Origin: a virus
Taxonomy: Duplodnaviria > Caudoviricetes
Virus record (IMG/VR): IMGVR_UViG_3300042472_000140
Location: 1-61,147 of that record
Reading direction: 5' to 3' (one strand)
Length of the DNA stretch: 61,147 bases
Shown here: positions 44,935 to 55,394 of the stretch, piece by piece
Layout of the letters: the number at the start of each line of letters is the position of its first letter
How positions within the stretch are numbered: position 1 is the first letter of the stretch
Notes under the pieces: generated by a model
Told to the model about the DNA's origin: nothing
The model's input: the letters and a program-made list of their open reading frames with translations, nothing else
Databases searched by the model: none
Program-made: the position numbers and the translations under genes

Positions 44935-46353
44935 TTATGCATTAAACATGAAGAAGTTTTGTGCACCAAGAGTACAAAGTGCTCTTTCAGATAAGTAGTC
45001 AATGAACATAGCATCAAAAGAGTTATTAGAAGCTCCACCTGCTGAACCAGTCACCCAAGTCTTCAACTTTCTATTTTCTTTGTTAGCCATTCTGTAACGA
45101 ACGTGTAAGAACGGACGAGTAGCATTTTGACCAAGAACTTGATCGTATACTGTAGTTGTTCCAGCTGGAACTAAAACTCCGTTAACTGAACCACCTACTA
45201 ATCCACCACGCAATGTAGCGTCATTCAAGTACTTCCAGTCAGACTTATAGAAGTCATAAGATCCACGACGGAATCCAGTGAATCCTAAGTTCAAAGCCAT
45301 GTCCTTATCGTTATCAAACATACCGTAAGATGTTCCAGTAGCTGTAGATTGAGCACCTAACATGTCATCAACATCTAAAGAGAATGCACGATTAACAAAT
45401 AATGTGTTCTCAGCGATAGAACCTTGACCGTCAAGACGCTCAACAATTGTATCAAAGTCACCTAGTGTAGTTGGATTACCTCCAGCCCATACGTTTCCTC
45501 TTTCCTCAATTGCAGCAAATAAACCTTGAGAACCTGCTGTTGGAGTTGTACTTGCGATATTGTATCCAGTAGTTAAAGCTGCTAATGCACCAGAAGCAGT
45601 TTCAGCTTCAATATGCTCAACAGACATCATCTCTAACTGATCATCAAAACGTAGACGTGTTTCAGCTTCAGCTTTAATGTACCATAAGAATCCGTTAGCA
45701 CCATTCTCAGATGTAGCTTCAATCCAACCAATTTGAGACATATCAGATCCTGAAATCTCATAACGGTCCTTAATAATAACTGGTTTAACATCAAAGATTT
45801 TAGGCTCTGGTGTTAATGATCCAACCATTCCATTAGTACCTTTTGCAAATTCAGAACCGTATACGAATGCAGTTACTAATTCAGTAGTAATAACAAATGG
45901 AGAACCAGTTGATGCATAAAATGCTACTGTAAAATCAGCACCACTACTAGCAACAGCTGTAACTAAACCTTTTGCAGAAGCAGAAGTTGATTCTGAAGAT
46001 AAAAATACAACTTGATTTACTCTAAAGTTACATACATCTGTACCACCCATAAGGAATGTAGCTGTATTAGACGCAGCAGCATCATCAGGAATACATCCCG
46101 TATACTTAGTATGCAAACGTCCTTGTTCTGCCCACTTGATTAAGTCAGATGCAAAAGGAATCTCTGCTGTACCTACGTTACGTAAGAATCCAGTGATTGT
46201 ACGGTTTCCGTATCCTTCGAACTCGTTCTTGTCAGTTTCTGGAAGATACTGATTCAAGTAGTCGAAGTCTGTAATATAATTCGTTTGAAGTGCTTGTTGC
46301 ACTGAACTAGGAGTTAACTCTACTCCTGGAGATAAATTGATTGATCCTGCCAT
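44935..46353 (-). CDS. Major capsid protein
   Basis: 472 aa after portal and scaffold; W-x-EQGRLH, YGSEF-x-KG, LNLGF-x-GFRRG-x-YDF; strongly biased codons. Confidence 0.88.
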   Translation of the reverse strand: MAGSINLSPGVELTPSSVQQALQTNYITDFDYLNQYLPETDKNEFEGYGNRTITGFLRNVGTAEIPFASDLIKWAEQGRLHTKYTGCIPDDAAASNTATFLMGGTDVCNFRVNQVVFLSSESTSASAKGLVTAVASSGADFTVAFYASTGSPFVITTELVTAFVYGSEFAKGTNGMVGSLTPEPKIFDVKPVIIKDRYEISGSDMSQIGWIEATSENGANGFLWYIKAEAETRLRFDDQLEMMSVEHIEAETASGALAALTTGYNIASTTPTAGSQGLFAAIEERGNVWAGGNPTTLGDFDTIVERLDGQGSIAENTLFVNRAFSLDVDDMLGAQSTATGTSYGMFDNDKDMALNLGFTGFRRGSYDFYKSDWKYLNDATLRGGLVGGSVNGVLVPAGTTTVYDQVLGQNATRPFLHVRYRMANKENRKLKTWVTGSAGGASNNSFDAMFIDYLSERALCTLGAQNFFMFNA

Positions 46354-46365
46354 GTTTTCTAATTT

Positions 46366-47424
46366 TTAGCGTTTTTTTATTTTAAACTGGTTACTATTAT
46401 TACCATCGTTAACTACCTTAAGCTGTAACCCAGAAGACTTAGATGAAGGAACTGACGCTCCTCTAACCATGTCGATGTTCTTTCCGTCCTTCTCAAAGTT
46501 TGTCACTGAATCGGACTTCCCTTTGTCGTAGAAGAAGTTTGCAAACTTCTCTGGATCACCAGCTACAGTCATAGCTCTTTGGAACTTCTCCACGTCCTTA
46601 ACATATCCGTTGTCGTCTAGGAATGAACCTATAAGATCTGTCAATGCAGTCTGTGCTTTAGCAGCGTTCATATCTGTTGGCTTGTATACTACCTTATCAT
46701 CTCCCACTTTAAATCCGAAACCTTCGAAACTATCGGTAAACAACTCATTAGTTTTTTCAACAAAATAATTCGACTTCTTAAGTTGTTCCTCTTGCTCTGT
46801 TGCAACTCTGGTCTTATTTGCTTTATAGGACTCGTAATCATTTCTATCAGCCTCTGGTACTAGCGGTTCTCTTGACTCAAGAGATGTGCTGTATTGCTCC
46901 TTCTGCTCATTGAAGTGCTTCTTCGCCTTCTTTAGCTCTTGTTTTAGTGCTATCTTCTTTTCTTCAATCTCGTCTTCAGAGTCTAAGTCTTCGTCGTACC
47001 TGAACTTTCTCATTCGATACTCTACGTCCTCTTCGTCGTCTCCGTTTTCTTTATAGAAGTCAGATAACAGTTTTGTTGGGTCTACCTTATCTAGGTCTCT
47101 ATGTAAATTCACAAAGTCTTCGATACCTCTACCCGTCTCTTTTTTATACTTATTGAATGCAGCCACGTCTTCAGACAACTCTTCAGAGGATACTCTCTCC
47201 TTGAATAAGTCATCGATAGTGTCTACCTCCTTATTGTATTTTGTTCTAATATGTGAAAGAACTGCGTCGTCATCTAACTCAACGACTGGAGCTTCTTCAA
47301 TTTTTTCTTCTACTACTTCATCGGCAACTACTTCATCAGCAACCACCTCTTCAATAACCTCTTGTTCTATTTCAGCGATAGACTTTTCTTCGTAGCCTAC
47401 CTTCTTGAATGTTAATCCTTCCAT
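46366..47424 (-). CDS. Capsid scaffolding protein
   Basis: Acidic, coiled-coil, directly upstream of the capsid gene. Confidence 0.7.
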   Translation of the reverse strand: MEGLTFKKVGYEEKSIAEIEQEVIEEVVADEVVADEVVEEKIEEAPVVELDDDAVLSHIRTKYNKEVDTIDDLFKERVSSEELSEDVAAFNKYKKETGRGIEDFVNLHRDLDKVDPTKLLSDFYKENGDDEEDVEYRMRKFRYDEDLDSEDEIEEKKIALKQELKKAKKHFNEQKEQYSTSLESREPLVPEADRNDYESYKANKTRVATEQEEQLKKSNYFVEKTNELFTDSFEGFGFKVGDDKVVYKPTDMNAAKAQTALTDLIGSFLDDNGYVKDVEKFQRAMTVAGDPEKFANFFYDKGKSDSVTNFEKDGKNIDMVRGASVPSSKSSGLQLKVVNDGNNSNQFKIKKR

Positions 47425-47476
47425 TTATATTTGATTTAATTGTTACAAAATTAACTAAAAAAGTAATACCACCGTT

Positions 47477-47755
47477 TCACCACTTTACGACATGACTCCA
47501 ATATCTAGCCGATAATTTACTTGGACTTGGGTCTTGCGCATTATGTCTTGCGTAATAACTTTTCTTTCTATCCTTTTCTTTTTCTGTTTTTGGATTTTTA
47601 CCAGCTCCCTTTACACCCTGCTGACCAAAACGAATAGTTTTTATAGTGTCTCCAACCTTAGCCACAACAACGTGTGACTTCTTAGGATGACTAGGCGTCT
47701 TCTTGGGTTGATTAAATCCAGTCACACCTATTTTAGCAAGTCTAGGGTCTTTCAT
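47477..47755 (-). CDS. Small basic phage protein
   Basis: IRFGQQG...SYYARH...ARYWS motifs. Confidence 0.75.
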   Translation of the reverse strand: MKDPRLAKIGVTGFNQPKKTPSHPKKSHVVVAKVGDTIKTIRFGQQGVKGAGKNPKTEKEKDRKKSYYARHNAQDPSPSKLSARYWSHVVKW

Positions 47756-47757
47756 TT

Positions 47758-50193
47758 TTATCTTGGTTCAAATGATGACAAGTCAAAGTCTGATAGGTTG
47801 TCCTCGTTACTCTCAAAGTTCACTGGAGGAAGGTTGTTCTTGCGCTGGTCAATTAGCTTTGACTGAGCCGTAGCTTGTATGTCAACTCTCTTGTCCTTCG
47901 CCTCTTCCTTCTTGTCTTCTCTCCTTGTTAGGTTCTCAGTCTCGATACCCTTAAGTTGCATGTTGTAGTCGAACTCTAACTGCATTAACTCCTTCTTGCT
48001 AGCAACCTCTGCTGCAAGTGTCTGGATTGCAAAGTTCATCTCAGCCTCTCTAATAGCGATCTTAGACTGTGCCTCAATCTGTGCTGTCTGTTGCTTCTGC
48101 TCTGCGGCTGCTTGTTGCGACTGCATGTTGGTCTGCATCTGAATCTGTGACTGCATGTCTTGTCTGTCCTCTAGAGCCTTCTGCTTCTTCTTTCTCTTAA
48201 TCTTAAGGATCTCGTTAGCCATCTTCAGATTCTTAACCATCCTGATGTCTATTGCGTCCTCTAAGTCGATCTGTTGTTGTTGAAGTGACATCTGAATGTT
48301 AGCCTCAAGCTGTGCTCTCTCTTCAGCGTCTGGCTCAAGTTCAATGAAGATACCGAACGAGTGTAGGTACAAGTTCTTGATATCCTCAAGTATCGTAATG
48401 TTATACTTACCGATCTGCATAGCGAACTCATCTCTGAAGTCTGAGTACTCTAATATATCAGCAATTCTAAGTGATATGCAAGTAGCTAGTCTCTTAGTTA
48501 TAGATAGTCCACTATCTAGAATATGTTTTGTTGCGATGTTACTATTTAATGCAGCCAGCTTCTGAAGTCCAACCAGTGCGTCTGGATTTGGAGTCGATGC
48601 GTCCCTAGCCTCGTTGAGTCCAGTCACGTCACGTATCATGTTTAGCTGGTAGTTGTAAGCACCTATAAGTGCCTGCATCTTGTTCTGACCACTTGAGCTG
48701 TTGAGCTGTTGGATTGGAACACGTGCCTGATTAAACTCACCGTCTCCAGTGTAGCTACGTCCTACAACCGAACCAGTCTGAAAGAATAGGTTAAGTGCGT
48801 CTTGTGGCGTGTACGCTGCTCCAGTTCCTAGGTCAACCTCACTTACGCCGTCGGCATCAATAAATACACCGTCTGGAACAACTCTCGAAAGAACTTGCTG
48901 TAGCTTTAAGTGTGTCAACTGAATCTGATCAGCGAACGGAATCATTCTCTTTACGATAGACTCGATCCTACCCTTGTACATCCTAGGTGCTGAAATAACA
49001 TAGTTACACACAGCCTTCTGACTAGCAGCCTCTGGACGAACCATGTTCTTAGATAGGTTCCACTGAACAAGCATATTAGACCCAAGAACAAGGACACCCT
49101 CGTACCATACATCCTTAGTAGCCTCAACCTTTTCAAATCTCTCCTCTGTATCAGTTGGAGGGTTGAACGAGTCGTCCCTCTTGATTACTCTCTCTCCACC
49201 GTTGTCTAGGAACTTCTTCTTCCATACAAACTTCTTGTCTGTCTTGTAGTTGAAGTATAGGACGGAGATCATCTCCGAGTTGAACGGGTCGTCTTGTAGT
49301 TGACCGATAATAGTGTAGTCGTTATACCAAGCGTTACCCCACTTCTTTATCTCTTGTAGGTCCTCGTCAGTGATGCTTGGGTTAATCTTTCTTAACTCTG
49401 TGTAGTGTATCTGTTTAACCTCTCCTACATAATAGATGTCAGAGAAGTCATTCTTTTCAGTGTAGCTATAAACCAACTGAGCTGGATCAACATAGTCAAG
49501 CTGAACGCCAGCTCCTGGTAAGAACGAGTGCTTTGCAGCACCGATACCTATAGTTGTAATGTCGTAATTTATTCTTGGTTTTATTGAGTCTTCATACTCG
49601 TTGACTTCAAACAAAGTGTTGATAGCAACTTCTTCAGCAATTTCAACACTAGGTTTGAACTTCAACTGCATGTAAATCGATAGTTCCTCGTTGTCAGCTG
49701 GAAGCTCTTCCTCTGGAACGTTGAATGCATCAACGCCAAACTGTTCTTTAGATTGCTTAAGGAAGTCCTTAGCAACCATGTCTTTTTCTACAGTCTCTTG
49801 GAATAGGTTCTTCTTCTCTGCTGACGATATGTCTTGTGACTCTGCCTTGATAGCGTACATCCTATCCTGCATCCCGTTGACAACAATGTCTACGAACTTA
49901 GGCACGATAGGCACGATAGCCCAGTCAAGGTTTAGGTATGATAGGTCTCCATCTACTGCCATGCCAGCCTTATACTTCTGGATTGACTGCTCGCCTCTAG
50001 CGTAAAGTCTTAGCTGATGGAAGTCATTAGCTTGGTCGTAGTATCTGCAAGAATTACCAGTTGTTTTTTTAAACCACTCACCCTCAATAGCACGAGCAAC
50101 TGCCATCCCATACTCTATTGATGACTTCTCTGTATCTGATGCCATCTGGTTAGGAAATGGTACGTTCTTTACACTTATTGTTGGTTTAATCAT
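47758..50193 (-). CDS. Portal protein
   Basis: 811 aa after the terminase; RLYARGEQ, PKFVDIVVNG, IRDVTGLNEARD; Gln-rich C-terminal barrel. Confidence 0.88.
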   Translation of the reverse strand: MIKPTISVKNVPFPNQMASDTEKSSIEYGMAVARAIEGEWFKKTTGNSCRYYDQANDFHQLRLYARGEQSIQKYKAGMAVDGDLSYLNLDWAIVPIVPKFVDIVVNGMQDRMYAIKAESQDISSAEKKNLFQETVEKDMVAKDFLKQSKEQFGVDAFNVPEEELPADNEELSIYMQLKFKPSVEIAEEVAINTLFEVNEYEDSIKPRINYDITTIGIGAAKHSFLPGAGVQLDYVDPAQLVYSYTEKNDFSDIYYVGEVKQIHYTELRKINPSITDEDLQEIKKWGNAWYNDYTIIGQLQDDPFNSEMISVLYFNYKTDKKFVWKKKFLDNGGERVIKRDDSFNPPTDTEERFEKVEATKDVWYEGVLVLGSNMLVQWNLSKNMVRPEAASQKAVCNYVISAPRMYKGRIESIVKRMIPFADQIQLTHLKLQQVLSRVVPDGVFIDADGVSEVDLGTGAAYTPQDALNLFFQTGSVVGRSYTGDGEFNQARVPIQQLNSSSGQNKMQALIGAYNYQLNMIRDVTGLNEARDASTPNPDALVGLQKLAALNSNIATKHILDSGLSITKRLATCISLRIADILEYSDFRDEFAMQIGKYNITILEDIKNLYLHSFGIFIELEPDAEERAQLEANIQMSLQQQQIDLEDAIDIRMVKNLKMANEILKIKRKKKQKALEDRQDMQSQIQMQTNMQSQQAAAEQKQQTAQIEAQSKIAIREAEMNFAIQTLAAEVASKKELMQLEFDYNMQLKGIETENLTRREDKKEEAKDKRVDIQATAQSKLIDQRKNNLPPVNFESNEDNLSDFDLSSFEPR

Positions 50194-52424
50194 TGCCGCT
50201 TGAATTGACTTTTTGATGAGCTGTTATCATACCTTGCAAAATTAAGCAAAATTTTCGTATTTTCAGTTTGTTGTTTAACGATGTACTCACGTGTAGCCAT
50301 TATGGCTAAACCAGAGCTAATGGATGCATCATGTTTGGTACGATTATTTATATCGAACCTAGCCCAATCCTCTAACGTCTTAGTGAAGTACATGTTACCC
50401 ATCTCGTCAGGATCTCTGTACGTACCCTCTAAGTCATACCCAACGTTCTCCTCTGTGTACGACCCGATAGCTGAGGCGTGTGCCTGCTTTACATCCTCAG
50501 AAGAGTTAGGAATTCCACCTAGCTCTAGCTCGGTCTTTGATAACTTAGACACGTGCTTGTCTGGTCTGTTGAGCGAGAACGCTCTGTATCCTCTGTTCTT
50601 GAAGTGGTACAGTAGCCTAGTCTTGTTGTTCTCTATAAGTATTGGCATTCCGTAGAATATACAAGCCATGAGCACGTCTTCAAAGAATATCTCTGCGGTC
50701 TGTGTCCTTGTGACGTACTCTAAGAAAAACTGTCCAGTAGGAGCCTCTGCCTCTAGGTGAAACTTTGTCTTACCATGAAGCGCTCCGTTAGATCCGCCTC
50801 CACCTACAACTCCTGAGATGTCATAAGGGTCACACCCGAACGCTCCTAGGTGTTTATTTCCAGGCTGTCTGTTACCATGTCTATCCTTTACAACCTTATT
50901 TCTAAGTGTTGTTGGTGGTATCCACGATACCAAGAATCGTCCGTTATTCTCTGGTGTCCATATGACCTCTGAGTCTTCAACTCCGTTCTTCCAACTAAAG
51001 CCACCTCTTGTTAGTACCCTATCCTTGATTAGAGACTCGTTATGGTCTATCTGCTGGTATATCTTTGTCAAGTTGAATAAAGACTGCTTAGACTCGTCCC
51101 TGAACGCATGAGACGTTGTCCTAGGAAACTGTCTGTAGAACTCATTCAATGCGTCTGGGTCGTTCTTAAGTGCTGACACCTCGTTCTCCCAGTAAGTAAT
51201 AACACCAATCTCTATCATCTCACCGTCGATACCAAGAACTGGCTTCTTTGGGTCCTCAAATACTGGGAACCCGAACTCGTCGATGTAGCCCTCGAAGTTC
51301 CACTCCATAGGAATGAATAGGCTATATAAACCACTCTTAGTCTGACCATTCTTGGAGCGCATATTAACGTTAGAGTCGTTGAACATCTTCTTGTAGTTCT
51401 CACCACCCTTTGATAGTGCGTTAGATGTTGACCCCATCATGCACTTACCAATGATCTTGCTACCTAGACGAAGACACGTCTTCCTTACTCGCCATCCGTT
51501 CAGTATGTTGTTAGGCTTCTCGACCTTACCAGCCTCATCCTCAATTAGTCTTAGCAGCTTCTCACCATCGTAAGAGTTGTCAGCAGTGTTCTTCCAGTCA
51601 ATGATCGTATCCAACCCCTCCATGGACTCGGTGTTCTCCTCGTTCATGTTCTTCTTGGTTATCTTAGACGCTGGAAGTCTGAACGATATCTCAGTCTTTG
51701 GTGCGTCCATACCATCTCGAAGTGGCTTGAAGAAGAACGGGTAGTTGTTAACGATTGGTACAATCTTGTCGGTAAACATTGTCTTGGCATCAGATCCAGA
51801 CTTGGACTGTATACCTAGCTTTGAGTTCCTTGATAGTGTTGCCGTATCTGATATCTCTGCGGATGACATGAACGAGAAACCAGAACGTCTGTTCTTTAGG
51901 TAGCACTGACCAAACGACCTACTGTCAGCTACACATGCAGCCCAGTGTATGTAGAATATCCTATTAGCCTCCCGAAAGTCTGGAAGCCCAATGTCAATCT
52001 TAGACCACTGCAAGTACATGTAGTGATTGCCAGTTATGTATGTTGGCTTGCCGTTGTTTAAAAACCAGTACCCCTTGTCTCTCCTATCGAACTCCTCCTC
52101 GATGTAGTCAACGTATTTAGACTTGAACTCGTTGTCGAACCTATTCCAGTCGAAGAACGTCTTGATGCGTTGCAACTCCTTCGGGTACTCTGACGCTATC
52201 CACTTATTGTTGACCGACTCTATATTATCCGATACTTTAGGTAGGGCTATTATTAGTCCCTCTATCTCGTACACCTGACCGATCTCACCAGTCTTAGATA
52301 TAACCACAACGTCGTAATCTTTGTCGTAGCCATACTTCCATGACTTAGCTCTATTCTTCTGTCTAATAGTCTGATCTGATATGTGATCCTCTAGTACTCT
52401 ATATAGTGCGTACTTATCTTCCAT
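50190..52424 (-). CDS. terL: Terminase large subunit
   Basis: KNRRSGFS Walker A, IEDEAGK Walker B, GST, GCDPYD nuclease motif. Confidence 0.92.
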   Translation of the reverse strand: MEDKYALYRVLEDHISDQTIRQKNRAKSWKYGYDKDYDVVVISKTGEIGQVYEIEGLIIALPKVSDNIESVNNKWIASEYPKELQRIKTFFDWNRFDNEFKSKYVDYIEEEFDRRDKGYWFLNNGKPTYITGNHYMYLQWSKIDIGLPDFREANRIFYIHWAACVADSRSFGQCYLKNRRSGFSFMSSAEISDTATLSRNSKLGIQSKSGSDAKTMFTDKIVPIVNNYPFFFKPLRDGMDAPKTEISFRLPASKITKKNMNEENTESMEGLDTIIDWKNTADNSYDGEKLLRLIEDEAGKVEKPNNILNGWRVRKTCLRLGSKIIGKCMMGSTSNALSKGGENYKKMFNDSNVNMRSKNGQTKSGLYSLFIPMEWNFEGYIDEFGFPVFEDPKKPVLGIDGEMIEIGVITYWENEVSALKNDPDALNEFYRQFPRTTSHAFRDESKQSLFNLTKIYQQIDHNESLIKDRVLTRGGFSWKNGVEDSEVIWTPENNGRFLVSWIPPTTLRNKVVKDRHGNRQPGNKHLGAFGCDPYDISGVVGGGGSNGALHGKTKFHLEAEAPTGQFFLEYVTRTQTAEIFFEDVLMACIFYGMPILIENNKTRLLYHFKNRGYRAFSLNRPDKHVSKLSKTELELGGIPNSSEDVKQAHASAIGSYTEENVGYDLEGTYRDPDEMGNMYFTKTLEDWARFDINNRTKHDASISSGLAIMATREYIVKQQTENTKILLNFARYDNSSSKSQFKRQ

Positions 52425-52707
52425 TCTTTTTTATCTTACCCTCAGCAAAGCCATTAGCTCCAAGCGTTACAACTGGTATCACTCCAGCATCTAGCTTATT
52501 CCTCTCTGACTCTATCTTCTCTAGCATGTATATTGCATCCTCGTAGGCTAGCCTCTTAGCAGAAGCAGCGTTCTTCATCTTGTCAGCCGTTAGGTCTTCA
52601 TCACTAGATGTAATTATGGGCATCTCAAGAACCTTGATTAACTCATCGACAGCCTTCTCAGCAGCGACTAGTACCCTATTCTTCTTGTCCTTTAAATCTT
52701 CAGACAT
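52414..52707 (-). CDS. Probable terminase small subunit
   Basis: Helical 97-aa protein overlapping the terL start. Confidence 0.55.
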   Translation of the reverse strand: MSEDLKDKKNRVLVAAEKAVDELIKVLEMPIITSSDEDLTADKMKNAASAKRLAYEDAIYMLEKIESERNKLDAGVIPVVTLGANGFAEGKIKKNGR

Positions 52708-53255
52708 ATGTTATTTAGTTTTACTCTGTATAACTTATCTCCATCTATCTTGAACTCGTACTCTGATCCTGGCTTGAACGATATCTCGTCTCCAACGTCT
52801 ACGGTGTCTACCTCTTCAGGTTTAAACTCTACCGTTCCGTATAAGTTCTTCTCCACGTAGTGGTTAAGTACGGTGGTCGAGTCGTCGTTCTGTTGTGGCT
52901 TAATAAAGCAGTAAGGATACGTAGCCATCCAGCCAGCACCTTCCTTCTTGTATAAATAAATCTGTTCGTAGTCTAGTATGTAGATGTCGTCCTTTATATA
53001 ACTCCATCCGCTAGTCTCGTTACCGTTCATGTTGTAGTAAAGTCTGAACGTGTTGTGATGCACGACCACTATATCTTCTTTAGATATAGGTCCCTTGTAC
53101 CAGTCTGGAGTAGATATAACAGTGGCTAGTCTATTGGTTACTGTATGGTCCTCAATAGAGGACGATATAATAAACTCAACGTCACCAAATTTTCTTATGT
53201 TGTCATACCTAACTCCATTATATGGTCTTATAATGAAGTAGTTAGGTGATGTCAT
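52692..53255 (-). CDS. GroES-like (tandem Cpn10-fold) protein
   Basis: Two GroES-like halves: FIIRP...ATVISTP...EDIVVV and FIKP...GTV...VGDEISF...EFKIDG-x-KLYRV. Confidence 0.55.
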   Translation of the reverse strand: MTSPNYFIIRPYNGVRYDNIRKFGDVEFIISSSIEDHTVTNRLATVISTPDWYKGPISKEDIVVVHHNTFRLYYNMNGNETSGWSYIKDDIYILDYEQIYLYKKEGAGWMATYPYCFIKPQQNDDSTTVLNHYVEKNLYGTVEFKPEEVDTVDVGDEISFKPGSEYEFKIDGDKLYRVKLNNICLKI

Positions 53256-53257
53256 AT

Positions 53258-53488
53258 CTAGAACTCTAGGTTATACTCTATTGACACAGCCACTGTGTGA
53301 CCGATGTTTTTCCACATGATAACCTCTGGGATGCCATCCTCCTCACGCTGAACGTAGATGTCGTATGACCCCTCACCGTTCTTGATGATGTCAGATATTA
53401 CGGCTGTTCCACCCATCGCATTCTTGCCTACTTGGTAGTGCATGGCGTTCAGTAGGTCGTTGCCTATTGATATCTTTCTGATTATCAT
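53258..53488 (-). CDS. Hypothetical phage protein
   Basis: IRKISIG...AMHY-x-VG...WK...SIEYN pattern. Confidence 0.75.
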   Translation of the reverse strand: MIIRKISIGNDLLNAMHYQVGKNAMGGTAVISDIIKNGEGSYDIYVQREEDGIPEVIMWKNIGHTVAVSIEYNLEF

Positions 53489-53724
53489 GACACCTCTCCA
53501 GTTGACATGTTGATTGCACCGTCTCCGTACTTCTCTTGAAGTTCTGCGTGCAGTTCTGACAGTGCAGACGTAGACTCACTGATGTTCATTAGAGTTAACT
53601 GCTTGTCAGTCTTAAGTCTCTCCTCTGCTAACGTGATGTCGCACAGACGGCTTCTCAACTCTGAGTACTCTTTTCTTGCTACTGTAAACTGCTCTAATTC
53701 TTCTGATGTTAATTTCTTTTCCAT
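53485..53724 (-). CDS. Coiled-coil hypothetical protein
   Basis: Heptad pattern; KYG...IN...GE C-terminus. Confidence 0.75.
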   Translation of the reverse strand: MEKKLTSEELEQFTVARKEYSELRSRLCDITLAEERLKTDKQLTLMNISESTSALSELHAELQEKYGDGAINMSTGEVS

Positions 53725-53752
53725 TTGATTTTATTTTTTACAAATATAGTTA

Positions 53753-53784
53753 AAAAAAAGAAACTCACGAAATAGTTCGTGAGT
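53753..53784 (-). terminator. Probable terminator
   Basis: ACTCACGAA/TTCGTGAGT stem with an A-rich flank on +. Confidence 0.6.
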
Positions 53785-53811
53785 CTGTATATTATGCTAA
53801 TAGTATAGTGG

Positions 53812-54237
53812 TTAGTATACTTGTATTTTTAATCCTTGATTAATCAATATGTCGTCGCTCAGTGTTCCACTCAAGTATGACTTAAGTGTTATGACGTTGC
53901 TTGATGTCTTAATTATTGAGAACGTATGAAGAACGTTTGTTGGGGTAGCAACAATAAGTAAAGAGTCACCTACGAACGCATTTAATAGTGTTCCAGTATA
54001 TATCCCAGCACTTGTTCTAGCCCATACAATTGCTCCAATAGTATTTGATCCTAACACAGTAGCAACTGGTGCTGCTGTAGATGCTTGATTTAATAAGCAG
54101 TTGTAGTAATTAGAACCAAGATAATCAACGATACCCTCTGGGGTAATGTTCTTAGTTACACCAGTAACTCCATCTGAAGTTAAAATTCTGTCTGTTGCGT
54201 TAACTGACTCAACTGGATAGTTATTTATTTGTCCCAT
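53812..54237 (-). CDS. Putative structural protein
   Basis: ORF track; beta-rich. Confidence 0.7.
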   Translation of the reverse strand: MGQINNYPVESVNATDRILTSDGVTGVTKNITPEGIVDYLGSNYYNCLLNQASTAAPVATVLGSNTIGAIVWARTSAGIYTGTLLNAFVGDSLLIVATPTNVLHTFSIIKTSSNVITLKSYLSGTLSDDILINQGLKIQVY

Positions 54238-54250
54238 AATGCAAAGGTAG

Positions 54251-54388
54251 TTATTTTCCTTGACCTACATATTTCTTCTTGTAGTTCTTGGAGGTCTTTA
54301 GTTTACTCGATCCAGCCTTAGAGTGAACGCCTGGTCTGCTGACGTGTGTCTTCTCTAGGTTATTAGTTCCTGCTATTTTTTTACTCAT
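54251..54388 (-). CDS. Small basic peptide (45 aa)
   Basis: Manual translation ...RPGVHSK...SKNYKKKYVGQGK; ATGA-coupled to the endolysin. Confidence 0.65.
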   Translation of the reverse strand: MSKKIAGTNNLEKTHVSRPGVHSKAGSSKLKTSKNYKKKYVGQGK

Positions 54389-54954
54389 GGTCTGAATGTT
54401 TTTCTATAGTCCGCCAGACGATTCGTCCAGCCTTTTAAAAATTTAGCATTCTTAGTTCCTGGTCTACCTATGTATCTAAAGAATCTTTCTCTCTCTGCTG
54501 TTAACGCATCGAATAGTTTTGTTGGTTCAATGCTATTTGCAGCAGCAATTGTCTTGTTACCAAGAACACCGTCCTTATCTACAACAACGCCACAGTTAAT
54601 TATAGCTTGTTGTAATGACATTACGGCTTGTTTCTTGCCTGACCCCCATGCCATTCCAGTCACAAATATAGCAACATTTTGTGACAGAAACTCGTCCGCT
54701 CTGACTGTATTCCAGTAAAGAGTTTTGAACACGTTGAACCAGTCCTCGCTGTTCATAGTGAAGAACCTAGCATCGTTATTTTTTCCGTACATTGACTTCC
54801 ATACAGCGTATGTTATACCAACATTTGTATGGTAACCACCTAATCCTTTATAAGGAGTAGGACATGGAGTAGATGATGCCGAGTCAGATTTATCTCTCGA
54901 AAGTCCACCCTCCCATTTTTTTACAAATAATATGTACTTGTCAATTAAAGTCAT
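54385..54954 (-). CDS. Endolysin, glycoside hydrolase family 108 with peptidoglycan-binding C-terminus
   Basis: WEGG, T-x-x-GIT, DG-x-x-G-x-x-T and FLKGW-x-NR motifs. Confidence 0.88.
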   Translation of the reverse strand: MTLIDKYILFVKKWEGGLSRDKSDSASSTPCPTPYKGLGGYHTNVGITYAVWKSMYGKNNDARFFTMNSEDWFNVFKTLYWNTVRADEFLSQNVAIFVTGMAWGSGKKQAVMSLQQAIINCGVVVDKDGVLGNKTIAAANSIEPTKLFDALTAERERFFRYIGRPGTKNAKFLKGWTNRLADYRKTFRP

Positions 54955-55394
54955 TTGAACTTAAATAATAAAATTATTAGCAACACAAGGAACGAAATGA
55001 TAGCTATGAACCTAAGATTATAAGCGAACCCCTTCTTCTTTTCTTGCTTGATTTCTTTCTTATGTGTCTTGTAGATGTACTTAACCTTCCACTTCACGAT
55101 CTTTAAACTATCGTGCACCGTCTTCCACCTATACCTAACCTCATACCTTGTCGGAGGAAAGACTGGCTCTGGACAGATAGTACTAACTGTTCTATAGATG
55201 ATAGAGTCCTTACCGTCCTTACCCTTTATAGTATCGTTTACAGTAAACACTATAGTGTCACCTTTTATTTTTCCACCAAACTTAATGAACTTCTTATATC
55301 CTTGCTGCGCCTTGCGAGCGTTAGAGCAACTCATCACACCTACAAATAAAGATGTAGATATAATGGTAGCTATGATAAGTGTTATTAACTTCAT
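54951..55394 (-). CDS. Putative unimolecular spanin
   Basis: N-terminal lipoprotein signal (VMSC) and C-terminal TM helix; between holin and endolysin. Confidence 0.6.
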   Translation of the reverse strand: MKLITLIIATIISTSLFVGVMSCSNARKAQQGYKKFIKFGGKIKGDTIVFTVNDTIKGKDGKDSIIYRTVSTICPEPVFPPTRYEVRYRWKTVHDSLKIVKWKVKYIYKTHKKEIKQEKKKGFAYNLRFIAIISFLVLLIILLFKFK

